From Candidatus Saccharimonadota bacterium (GTDB lineage: Bacteria > Pseudomonadota > Alphaproteobacteria > CAJXXZ01 > 1604HC), in assembly GCF_008189405.1 (NCBI RefSeq), contig NZ_CP043316.1:90001-122000 (forward strand): DNA of 32,000 nucleotides, given 5' to 3'. Under the pieces are notes generated by a model that searched no databases, was not told where the DNA came from, and saw only the letters and a list, made by a program, of their open reading frames with translations. Shown in pieces: positions 16,322-25,194 of this stretch (its first letter is position 1; each line of letters begins with the position of its first letter). Made by a program: the position numbers and the translations under genes.

Positions 16322-16603
16322 ATGAGATTTGTTTTACTTGAATCTGTAGTGTTAATGAGTGTTGTGAGTGTGCATAGCTTTGGTTTGTCAGTTTGCCTAC
16401 TGTTATCTTTATATCTTGTGAATGAGGTCGTGAATTATTTGATTTGGCCGATATTATTTTTAAGATTATTGTATGTATCTATATGGTTTATACTTGGAGC
16501 TTGGATAGGGTCATATTTTGGTTTTTTCACTATGTACTTATTTGCTATAACGTTTAGTTTTATATCTTTGTTTATTCAGAATAAATTCTGGCGATATTCC
16601 TAG
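16322..16603 (+). CDS. Hypothetical small membrane protein, 93 aa, about 3 TM helices
   Basis: ORF with three hydrophobic segments. No SD and no family recognised. Convergent with mrpE, with only a 13-bp gap. Confidence 0.4.
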   Translation: MRFVLLESVVLMSVVSVHSFGLSVCLLLSLYLVNEVVNYLIWPILFLRLLYVSIWFILGAWIGSYFGFFTMYLFAITFSFISLFIQNKFWRYS

Positions 16604-16616
16604 TATTATTGGTTGA

Positions 16617-17198
16617 TCAAAATATTTTTGACCATTTTTGGATTTTGCATATCATTTGATTTATGTCATGTGTAACATTTCCACACATTGAATGTACTAT
16701 TACTATATGTTTTTCATTCATTTCTATAAGTTCCTGTGCACATTCATTTTTTATCAATTTGTGTGTGTCTTGTTCGTTTTCCACAAATGCGATTGTGCCA
16801 GGAGTGAGTGTTATCCATATAGAAAGTAGCGACTTATTAGTTTGTGATAAGCCTGACAAATCAAAATGGCTCAATACTTGCTCATTATTTCTGTTCAGTA
16901 TAATACTTTTTACGAATGCTATATAAGAATTTATAATTGATATTATGATAGTATAGGAAATATCACATATACATATAATGCGTTTATATAGTTTATATGT
17001 AGTTCTTTTCACCAGTATATGTATTTTATTATTTATAATTTTTATAATTGACATAACATGCTTATTCATAAATTTACCCATAAATTTGTCCACGAATAAC
17101 ATAATGTGCTTTACAAATATAATTAAACTTTTAAAATACAAAGTATGCATAATGTATATCAAATAAAAAATGTATGCAAGACATATCCGAATGGGCAT
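16617..17198 (-). CDS. mnhE: Mrp/Mnh-type cation/proton antiporter subunit E (orphan)
   Basis: Family-typical C-terminal half: SYIAFVKSIILNR...LLSIWITLTPGTIAFVE...IVIVHSM (compare the MrpE ITLTPGT...vHal motif). The start is uncertain: the first ATG is at 17198, the ORF extends to TTG 17234, and later in-frame ATGs are at 17150 and 17102. None has an SD. Confidence 0.65.
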   Translation of the reverse strand: MPIRICLAYIFYLIYIMHTLYFKSLIIFVKHIMLFVDKFMGKFMNKHVMSIIKIINNKIHILVKRTTYKLYKRIICICDISYTIIISIINSYIAFVKSIILNRNNEQVLSHFDLSGLSQTNKSLLSIWITLTPGTIAFVENEQDTHKLIKNECAQELIEMNEKHIVIVHSMCGNVTHDINQMICKIQKWSKIF

Positions 17199-17876
17199 AA
17201 AGCTTTGAATAATGTATCTATAAACATTAATCAAGGTGAAGTGATTGGATTAATAGGTGTGAATGGTTCTGGTAAAACAACTTTATCTTCCATAATTGCA
17301 TCATTAATTCCATTAACATCTGGAGAAGTATTGTATAATGGTAAATCTATTTATGATAATATTTCTAAACATAGGCAAATGATTGGGCTATGTCCTCAGA
17401 AAATCAATTTAGATAATAGAATCACAGTGAAGGAGAATCTAATCAATGATGCTCTGTTCTTTGGGTTATCACGCAAAGAAGCTGTAGAGAGATTTAATGT
17501 AATTTCGAAGAAATTAATGTTGCAAGAGTACGAAAATTCGTACCCTGCTACTTTATCTGGAGGGTATAAACAAAGAGTATCAATTGGTAGATCTTTGATG
17601 CATGACCCTAAGTTAGTGATTTTTGATGAACCTACATTAGGTTTAGATCCTCATATTCGTAAGCATTTGTGGGATATTATCCTGGATTTGAAAAAGGATG
17701 GGGTATCTGTAATTCTTACTACACACTATATGGATGAAGTTGAGTATTTGTCAGATTATATTTGTCTTTTGCATAATGGAGAAGTAAAGTTTTCAGGAAC
17801 ATTAGATGAGTTGAAGAAAGAGAGAAATGGTAACTTGGAAGACATAATGGTTGCTATTTCAGAGGAGGAAGCATGA
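17145..17876 (+). CDS. ABC transporter ATP-binding protein (ABC-2/DrrA-like), 243 aa
   Basis: Walker A GVNGSGKTT, Q-loop, signature LSGGYKQRVSIGRSL, Walker B LVIFDEPTLGLD, H-loop TTHYMDE. Its stop overlaps the permease ATG (ATGA). Confidence 0.85.
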   Translation: MHNVYQIKNVCKTYPNGHKALNNVSININQGEVIGLIGVNGSGKTTLSSIIASLIPLTSGEVLYNGKSIYDNISKHRQMIGLCPQKINLDNRITVKENLINDALFFGLSRKEAVERFNVISKKLMLQEYENSYPATLSGGYKQRVSIGRSLMHDPKLVIFDEPTLGLDPHIRKHLWDIILDLKKDGVSVILTTHYMDEVEYLSDYICLLHNGEVKFSGTLDELKKERNGNLEDIMVAISEEEA

Positions 17877-18640
17877 TAACATTTTGGAGATTAGTTCAAA
17901 TGGAATCTGTAATTATTTTAAAGAATGTTAAAGATACTTTGGTTAATAATGCAATATTTTGTGGATTTATAGCTGTGGTTTCTGGATATGTTCTAAAAGC
18001 ATTTGGAACATCAGATTCATTTGCTTCATTACAAGCTGCTAGTTTGATTGTTAGTTCAATTGGGTTTGAGGTTTATAGAGGTCTTTTTAGGCTATTAAGT
18101 GATATAGAAGGGGATAAACATATACAGTATTATTTTACCTTACCAATACCTAATATGTTTATTTTTCTAAAGATGGTTTGTTCATTCGTTTTGAATGGAA
18201 TTATTTTTGCTACATCATCATTGATTGTTTTAAGAATTGTTTTGCCAAGCCATATAATCTTATCCAATATTAATTATTTTATGTTTTTCTTAACTGTAAT
18301 TGTAATTGGTGGTTTTTTCGGAGTATTCACATTTTTTCTAACTGCATACACAAAAAATATGATGAAGATTTCAAATACTTTAATGAGAATCTTGTTCCCT
18401 ATTTGGATTATGGGTGGTTTTCAGTTCTCGTATGCTGTTGCAAAGTCAATTTCTCCAATTTTAGGTTATATGACACTGTTAAGTCCATATACATATGCGA
18501 ATGAGGCTATGAGATCAGTAATTTTGGGATCTACAGGTTTTATGAATATATGGACAGCACTATCTGTATTAGTTGTGACAAGTATAATTATTTGGTTTAT
18601 AGCTATGCGTAAATTACGTAAAAGATTAGATTTCCTATAA
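17873..18640 (+). CDS. ABC-2 type transporter permease, 255 aa
   Basis: About six hydrophobic helices. 4-nt ATGA coupling to the upstream ATPase. Substrate unknown. Confidence 0.75.
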   Translation: MITFWRLVQMESVIILKNVKDTLVNNAIFCGFIAVVSGYVLKAFGTSDSFASLQAASLIVSSIGFEVYRGLFRLLSDIEGDKHIQYYFTLPIPNMFIFLKMVCSFVLNGIIFATSSLIVLRIVLPSHIILSNINYFMFFLTVIVIGGFFGVFTFFLTAYTKNMMKISNTLMRILFPIWIMGGFQFSYAVAKSISPILGYMTLLSPYTYANEAMRSVILGSTGFMNIWTALSVLVVTSIIIWFIAMRKLRKRLDFL

Positions 18641-18718
18641 TTGATTGCATTTTTTAATTTTCTTTAATTTTAATTATAATTATATTCAATATAATACAAG
18701 GATTTCTATAGGAATTTA

Positions 18719-19129
18719 GTGGTAAAAGGTATAATATTTGTCATGCGTAATAAGTATATAGTTAATGGTTTATTAATGGGTATTTTGGTATTTTCATTTA
18801 CATTTATGAATTATATGAGAATAACCCCATGTTTATTTTGTGTATTAGCAAGATGGTTATTTTTCATATCACTAATATTTTCATGGTTAAGTTTGTTTTC
18901 CCATAAATATTTATATGTAGCTTTCTATGGATTGATTACAAATGTTATAATTGGATCTACGAGCATGTATTTCCTATTAATGGAAGTAGAGCCAGAATGG
19001 TGTAAAATTGGTGTATATGGTTCCTGCACAGACTGGAATACGTTCCTTTTCTTGCCAATGCAATTTTGGATCACACTGTTCAGTATGGTTACGTTGTTTT
19101 TTGCACGCAAAGCATTAAAAGAGACTTAA
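18719..19129 (+). CDS. dsbB: DsbB-like disulfide bond formation protein, 136 aa
   Basis: Four hydrophobic segments. CxxC directly after TM1 (PCLFCVLAR), and a second Cys pair in the later loop (WCKIGVYGSC). GTG start at 18719, preceded by AGGA; an alternative ATG is at 18743. Confidence 0.6.
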   Translation: MVKGIIFVMRNKYIVNGLLMGILVFSFTFMNYMRITPCLFCVLARWLFFISLIFSWLSLFSHKYLYVAFYGLITNVIIGSTSMYFLLMEVEPEWCKIGVYGSCTDWNTFLFLPMQFWITLFSMVTLFFARKALKET

Positions 19130-19289
19130 TATATTTAATATAAAATTAATACTTTCATTTAATATATACATTTATTTTATATGATTAGTATGATTTATGT
19201 TGAGTAATTTACACAAGAACAGATAAATTTTGTTTGAATATGATTTTTTACTCTTGCAGGATTAAGTTGTAATTGTAAGAATATTATTG

Positions 19290-21701
19290 ATGAATGATTC
19301 TGCTTTAAAGATTGCACAAGCGCCTGTTTTGCCTTTAAAAAATATGGTTATATTTCCTGATGTAATTTTGCCTCTATTTGTTGCAAGAGATATTTCTAGG
19401 ACAATTATTGAAGATTCAAATAATAATTATGTTATTTTAGTAGCGCAAAAAGATATGTTAGAAGAAGAGCCAAAACCTGAAGATTTATATGAAGTTGGTA
19501 CATTATGTAAAATAATTCACTGCGTTCAGTTAGCTGATGGCGCAATGAAAGTTATGATCGAGGGTGAGAAGCGTGTCAAAATATGTGAATATATTCAAGA
19601 TAGGCCATTTATGGAAGCCAACTTTGTTGAGTTGGATTATATTCAAGAAGATGAATCAAAGCATGATGCATTATTTAGAGCATTGTGTAAATCTTTTGAG
19701 AAGTATATTAGGCAAGTTGATAGAAACTCATCTGAATTAATTAATGAAGTTACTAGTATAGGTGACGTACGTAAAGGGTCTAATTTGATTGTAGGTCACT
19801 TATCTATCAAAACAGATGCTAAGCAAAAGGTTCTTGAAGAAGTAAGTTTGACTGAGAAGTTAATGAAACTAATTGAAATGATTGAGTTAGAATTACAAAT
19901 TCTACAAATGGAAAAGAAAATCAGGAACAACATTAAAGATCAAGTAGAGAAGAATCAAAAAGATTATTTACTACAAGAGCAAATGAAAGCTATTCAAAAA
20001 GAATTGAATGATGGAGAAGACGATCCAGTTGATGAAATAAAGAAGAAAATGTCAAAGATGAGCTTGCCCAAAGAAGTCAAAGAAAAAATTGGTAGCGAAA
20101 TTAAAAAATTAAAATTTATGAATGTCATGTCTTCAGAAGCTTCTATTATTAAAAGTTATATAGATTGTATTTTGGAATTGCCTTGGAGAAAAATGGCTGT
20201 ATTGAACAAAGATTTCGATAAATCTAAAGAGATTATGGATAATGATCATTATGGATTAGAAAAAATCAAAGAGCGAATCTATGAATTATTAGCAGTTCAG
20301 CTAAGAGTTAAGAGAAGCAAAAGTTCTATTATGTGTTTGTTTGGCCCTCCAGGGGTTGGTAAGACATCTGTAGTAAAATCTATTGCGAAAGCAATGGGGC
20401 GTCCATTTGTGAGGATATCACTAGGTGGTGTGCATGATGAAGCAGAGATTAGAGGGCATCGTAGAACGTATATAGGGGCTATGCCTGGTAAGATAATTCA
20501 AGCTATGAAAAAAGCAAAAGTATCTAATCCGCTTATTTTATTAGATGAGATTGGTAAAGTTGGATATGATGTTAAAGGGGACCCAGCAGCTGCATTATTA
20601 GAAGTTTTGGACCCAGAACAAAATGAATCATTCCAGGATAATTACCTTGATGTTGGATATGATTTATCAAATGTATTGTTTGTAGCTACAACTAATAGTC
20701 TACGTTTGCCACCTGCATTAGTAGATAGATTAGAGATTATAAAAATTTCTGGATATACAGAGATGGAGAAAGTACAGATTGCTGAAAAATATTTAATTCC
20801 AAAACAAAAGAAATTACATGGATTAAAGGATGCAGAATTGAAATTTTCTACAGAATCTATACATGATTTGATTGCAAAATACACTAGAGAAGCAGGTGTA
20901 AGGAATCTTGAAAGAGAAATTGCAAATATATGTAGGAAATCTGTAAAATTGATTGAAAGCAAAGAAAAAGAGAATATGCATATTACTAAATGTGGGTTGT
21001 ATAAACTTTTAGGTATAGAAAAATACTCTTCTGATAAAGCTGAACTAGAAGATAGAATAGGTGTATGTACTGGATTAGCTTGGACAGAAATGGGAGGAGA
21101 TATTCTATATATTGAATCATCAATCTTTCAAGGTAGTGGTAAAATAGTTAGTACAGGTCAACTAGGTGATGTGATGAAAGAGTCTGTACAAGCTGCTATG
21201 ACAGTTATCAAATCTAAAGCTGATCAATATAATATAGATAAAGAGCTGTTCAAAAAAATGGATGTTCATGTTCATTTTCCTGAAGGGGCTATACCTAAAG
21301 ATGGACCATCTGCTGGTGTTGCAATATGTTGCTCTATCTTATCATCATTTACTAAGCAAAAAATTATGAGTAATCTTGCAATGACTGGAGAAATCAGTTT
21401 AAGAGGTCGTGTATTACCAATAGGTGGTGTTAAAGAAAAAGTTCTAGCCGCACATAGATCTGGAATTACAAATGTAATCTTGCCAAAGAAAAATGAGAAA
21501 GATCTTGAGGATATCCCTAGTTATGTAAAAAGAGATATATCTATTAATTTGTGTGAATATGTGGATGAAGTAATAAAACTGGCTATTCCTGGCTTAGGTA
21601 CTACTAACATAGACAGCGTAAAGGATGAATTAGGCGCTGCTATAATGGATAATCCAGGTAATATAGGAAATAATTTAGAAGTTATAGGAGATATTCAGTA
21701 A
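19290..21701 (+). CDS. lon: ATP-dependent Lon protease, 803 aa
   Basis: Lon N-domain, Walker A GPPGVGKTS, Walker B LILLDEIGK, protease catalytic Ser in PKDGPSAGVA, downstream GGVKEKVLAAHR. The ATG at 19290 directly follows the ORF-track TTG at 19287. Confidence 0.95.
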   Translation: MNDSALKIAQAPVLPLKNMVIFPDVILPLFVARDISRTIIEDSNNNYVILVAQKDMLEEEPKPEDLYEVGTLCKIIHCVQLADGAMKVMIEGEKRVKICEYIQDRPFMEANFVELDYIQEDESKHDALFRALCKSFEKYIRQVDRNSSELINEVTSIGDVRKGSNLIVGHLSIKTDAKQKVLEEVSLTEKLMKLIEMIELELQILQMEKKIRNNIKDQVEKNQKDYLLQEQMKAIQKELNDGEDDPVDEIKKKMSKMSLPKEVKEKIGSEIKKLKFMNVMSSEASIIKSYIDCILELPWRKMAVLNKDFDKSKEIMDNDHYGLEKIKERIYELLAVQLRVKRSKSSIMCLFGPPGVGKTSVVKSIAKAMGRPFVRISLGGVHDEAEIRGHRRTYIGAMPGKIIQAMKKAKVSNPLILLDEIGKVGYDVKGDPAAALLEVLDPEQNESFQDNYLDVGYDLSNVLFVATTNSLRLPPALVDRLEIIKISGYTEMEKVQIAEKYLIPKQKKLHGLKDAELKFSTESIHDLIAKYTREAGVRNLEREIANICRKSVKLIESKEKENMHITKCGLYKLLGIEKYSSDKAELEDRIGVCTGLAWTEMGGDILYIESSIFQGSGKIVSTGQLGDVMKESVQAAMTVIKSKADQYNIDKELFKKMDVHVHFPEGAIPKDGPSAGVAICCSILSSFTKQKIMSNLAMTGEISLRGRVLPIGGVKEKVLAAHRSGITNVILPKKNEKDLEDIPSYVKRDISINLCEYVDEVIKLAIPGLGTTNIDSVKDELGAAIMDNPGNIGNNLEVIGDIQ

Positions 21702-21831
21702 TTTTGAATTAAATAATAGTTTAGCATTATCCATAATAGATCAAAATTTTAATGGGAGATTTATTTAATTAGAAATGGTAAGATTTGGCAATGAGTTTAA
21801 TGGTGTATTTAATAATGGAGTTAGCAAAAAA

Positions 21832-23352
21832 ATGAGCTTGAATAATCAAATAAGCTTTTTTAATAGTTTGGCACTGAAAAAAGAAAAGTTTATCCCTAAT
21901 GATGAAAATAATATTAAAATTTACGCATGTGGCCCAACAATTTACAAATCGCCTCATATAGGTAATTTTAGGTCATTTGTTGTATTTGATGTATTGTTTA
22001 GGTTCTTATCTTCTAAGTATCCGAAAGTGACATATGTAAGAAATATTACAGATATTGATGATAAGATTATACATGAAGCTAAAGTAAGAAATATTGCATA
22101 CAGTGATCTAACAGCTGAAGTATATGAAAATTTCAAATCTGATTCTGTAAAATTAAATATTTTGAATCCCACATATGAGCCTCGCGCAACAGATTACATA
22201 AAAAATATGATTCGCGATATTGAAAAGTTAGTTGAAAATGGATTTGCATATGTAAAGGATAATCATGTGATTTTTGATACTACAAAATATGACAAATATA
22301 GGGATTTTTGTAAGAATATGTGTTCAGAATCTGGATCTAGAATTGCATTGACGGATTTAAAGAAGCATGAAAATGATTTTGTGCTTTGGAAGCCATCATC
22401 TGATGTCTTCTGGGATAGTCCATGGGGGAATGGAAGGCCTGGTTGGCATATTGAATGTACTTCGATGAGTAAGGAAATTCTAGGGTTCCCATTTGATATT
22501 CATTGTGGAGGGCAAGATCTTATTTTCCCTCACCATACTAATGAAAGAGCACAAGGGTGGGGGTTATGTAACAAAGAATGTGCTACATATTGGATGCATA
22601 ATCATTTTGTGAATATTGATAATAATAAAATGTCTAAAAGTGCGAATAATCAATTTGATCTAGCATTCCTGACTAAAAATTATGATCCAATGGCAATTAG
22701 AATTTTCTTACTTATGTCACATTACAGGCATCCTTTAAATTGGAGTGAATCAGGATTAAAGGAAGCATCTAATATTTATGCCAAATGGAAGAAAAATTTG
22801 TTTGATGTTATTCCTCTAGATAAAGAAAATGCATTATACAAAAGGGATTTAGATAATGTTAATGATAGTAATACGGATGCACAGAATAAACTATATGATT
22901 CCTTTTCTGATAACGAAGCCAGTGCAATTGATGCAAGTGGTCAGGGTAGTAGTGATGGCAGTAAAGGTAATGATGATAATAAGCTTAATAGTGACAATGA
23001 GGATGGTATAGAAATTTTGGATTCAGTATCTGATGCTTTGTCTGACGACTTGAATACTCCATTAGCAATCAAAAAAATTAGTGAAGCTATAAAAATTGGT
23101 CATAATATGCAAAATATACTTAAATCTTGTGCTATTTTAGGGATTACATTTGTAAATAAAGAGAATAGCAATGATCAAAATGGCAATGTTAGTAGTTTGG
23201 ATTTAGACCTTATTAATTCATTGGTACAAAAAAGAGAAATTGCTCGTAAGAATAAAGATTACAATAAATCTGACGAAATTAGAGATGAGTTGACAAAGAT
23301 TGGCATTAAGCTCGAAGATACAAAAGATGGAGTGAAATGGTATGAGGGTTGA
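21832..23352 (+). CDS. cysS: Cysteine--tRNA ligase with a roughly 55-aa acidic low-complexity insertion
   Basis: YACGPTIYKSPHIGNFRS (HIGH-type), GWHIECTSM, HCGGQDLIFPHHTNE, KMSKS, DDLNTP. Starting at ATG 21832 gives the usual distance of about 33 aa to CGPT. The ORF extends to ATG 21775. Confidence 0.9.
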   Translation: MSLNNQISFFNSLALKKEKFIPNDENNIKIYACGPTIYKSPHIGNFRSFVVFDVLFRFLSSKYPKVTYVRNITDIDDKIIHEAKVRNIAYSDLTAEVYENFKSDSVKLNILNPTYEPRATDYIKNMIRDIEKLVENGFAYVKDNHVIFDTTKYDKYRDFCKNMCSESGSRIALTDLKKHENDFVLWKPSSDVFWDSPWGNGRPGWHIECTSMSKEILGFPFDIHCGGQDLIFPHHTNERAQGWGLCNKECATYWMHNHFVNIDNNKMSKSANNQFDLAFLTKNYDPMAIRIFLLMSHYRHPLNWSESGLKEASNIYAKWKKNLFDVIPLDKENALYKRDLDNVNDSNTDAQNKLYDSFSDNEASAIDASGQGSSDGSKGNDDNKLNSDNEDGIEILDSVSDALSDDLNTPLAIKKISEAIKIGHNMQNILKSCAILGITFVNKENSNDQNGNVSSLDLDLINSLVQKREIARKNKDYNKSDEIRDELTKIGIKLEDTKDGVKWYEG

Positions 23353-23460
23353 AAATATACTTATCATGAGAGCGTTGGAAAAAAGATTGAAATTTAATGA
23401 GCTGTTTATGCAAATTATGTTAATGTGGCGTGAGATTGATGTGCTGAATTGGTATAAAAA

Positions 23461-24303
23461 TTGAAATTTAATGCTTTGATTGATCCCATAGAACTGATTA
23501 ATAACCATAACTGTATTATAATATATGGGAAAAATGAAGAATTGACATATAGTTTTTTTGATGAGTTTAGTGGGTCTATCATTGATGTTAAAGAATTAGA
23601 GAGTATAAACTTATTGCAAACTTCTTTGCTTCCAGAATCAAATCTCAAAATCAAAATTGCACCTAAAGATTTAAAGAAGATTTTTGTACAGAATATCAAT
23701 CGATGGAATAGGAAATGCATTTTTCTGCTTGATAAAATCCCAGGACCAAATGATATAAAAAATGCTATGATACACGCTGATAAATTGAATCATGCTAATA
23801 AATTAAATAATATCGATAAATTAGATAATACTCATGGCAAAGCAAATAATTCTGCAAATGGTATTAGTAAAATGGAAAAGTTGACTGCAGAAATAAATTG
23901 CGATTTTATAGATTTGCCAAAATTTATTGAATTTCATAGTAAAAGGTTAAGTTATAATTTTAGAAATATGAATGACCTATTTTGGGTGAAAAATTTACAA
24001 GATCTTCATTTTGCATACAAAATACACCAAATTGATCAGGATGCTGTGAGTAATATGTCAGAACATATGTTGGATCAAACGAGCTTGTTTCGAAAGGGGG
24101 ATGAAGAATCACTGAATAAATTTTGGTCTATTATGGATAATCCTTGGTCTTGGTCAAGATATATGCAGTACTTTTACCAATACAAAGGTGAGAATATACT
24201 AGTTGCAATGTGTAAACATTTAGATTTATGGGCACATAAATATACCCCAAACGATGAAGTTTTTATTTGGCTATTAAGGTCAATTTTTATAAATTCTAAA
24301 TGA
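23461..24303 (+). CDS. Probable highly diverged DNA polymerase III delta subunit (HolA-like), 280 aa
   Basis: By-eye register with HolA: NCIIIYGKNEELTYSFFDEF (compare yLLyGed..L) and INCDFIDLPKFIEFHSKRLSYNF...NLQDLHFAYKIHQI (compare v.c.....Lp.Wv....k.l........nL.al...L.kL). Only a TTG start is available, and the first in-frame ATG is codon 103. The assignment is tentative. Confidence 0.4.
   Translation: MKFNALIDPIELINNHNCIIIYGKNEELTYSFFDEFSGSIIDVKELESINLLQTSLLPESNLKIKIAPKDLKKIFVQNINRWNRKCIFLLDKIPGPNDIKNAMIHADKLNHANKLNNIDKLDNTHGKANNSANGISKMEKLTAEINCDFIDLPKFIEFHSKRLSYNFRNMNDLFWVKNLQDLHFAYKIHQIDQDAVSNMSEHMLDQTSLFRKGDEESLNKFWSIMDNPWSWSRYMQYFYQYKGENILVAMCKHLDLWAHKYTPNDEVFIWLLRSIFINSK
23776..23829 (+). 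repeat. In-frame 18-nt tandem repeat x3 encoding ADKLNH / ANKLNN / IDKLDN
   Basis: Units at 23776-23793, 23794-23811 and 23812-23829. Hand alignment gives 15/18 and 13/18 identity between neighbouring units. Confidence 0.85.
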
Positions 24304-24585
24304 TTGCGTGATTGGCTAGATTATATGATGAAGCTTGATTAATCTAATCCTAATAAATAACTGTTGATATGCATATTTACTGCCTAAATGGATTTGGATG
24401 CCTTTTAATTCATTTTTATTACTGATTATATGCTAAAGAACTGAATATTAAACTAATAGTTTTATCGATTTTTACAAACATAAATTATTTAATTACTATA
24501 GTAATTTGCGTTCATACTGATAATAGAAAGAGGTATTAAAATTATATTACGCTTTTTTATCATTTGATGATGACATGTTTTGTAG

Positions 24586-25062
24586 TTATATAGTAGGAAA
24601 ATAAAGCTGTTTAAATCCGATTGTTGACATTGCATTATATATATCAATATAATTCCAATTCATATCATGCCAAGTAATATGCATTTTATGCATTGATTTA
24701 TCTGATTCATATAAAGTGCTAAATAATCTAAGCAGCACTTCATTTTGATTAATACAAGAAAGTGTTGGTTGTGCTGTATGGAGATCACTATAGATTGCAT
24801 CAAGATTATACTGTTTTTGTATGCCTAAATTATAGGTTTGATATATATTCAGAAGATTACTGTATGAGTCATAAATGCATTTTACGCTAATAGGGTAGTT
24901 TGCATAATCAATTTTCTTTTTTTGCAAATCATGCTTTAAATATATTAGTCCAGAATATAGTATGAATGATGAATATTCATCTGCAACCTTGCTATGTGCA
25001 ATGTTTTCAAGATTTGTAGTTATTTGCTGGACAAAACAGCACAATATTATAGATAAAAGCAT
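24586..25062 (-). CDS. Orphan hypothetical protein, 158 aa, signal-peptide-like N-terminus
   Basis: ORF only. N-terminus MLLSIILCCFVQQITT; Tyr/Asn-rich. No SD and no family recognised. Confidence 0.4.
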   Translation of the reverse strand: MLLSIILCCFVQQITTNLENIAHSKVADEYSSFILYSGLIYLKHDLQKKKIDYANYPISVKCIYDSYSNLLNIYQTYNLGIQKQYNLDAIYSDLHTAQPTLSCINQNEVLLRLFSTLYESDKSMHKMHITWHDMNWNYIDIYNAMSTIGFKQLYFPTI

Positions 25063-25194
25063 AGATGAATTGTATTACATATCACATATAAAATCAAAAA
25101 ATTATACGGTTTGCTTGCTCAATACACAAGACTATTTAAAAGCAATATATGCATACTTAATATATTATTCATTGCTTAATTAGGATCTAATTAA

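Noticed and set aside
16227-17144. Gene-orientation switch (minus block on the left, plus block on the right) as a candidate replication origin
   Set aside because: There is no cluster of DnaA boxes (only a near-match, TTATCCATA, inside mrpE) and no intergenic region larger than 95 bp. The spacer skew on the left is G>C on the + strand, which is the opposite of what is expected to the left of an origin. Whole-genome cumulative skew is needed to settle it.
19240-19286. RpoH (sigma-32)-type heat-shock promoter upstream of lon
   Set aside because: Only a CTTG is present (CTCTTGCAGG). No CCCCAT or CYTAT -10 element follows at the appropriate spacing.
23218-23720. Two minus-strand ORFs (96 and 101 aa) across the cysS/holA-like junction
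   Set aside because: They are antisense to the conserved cysS 3' end and to the holA-like N-terminus. Their products are hydrophobic and low-complexity, and they have no start signals.
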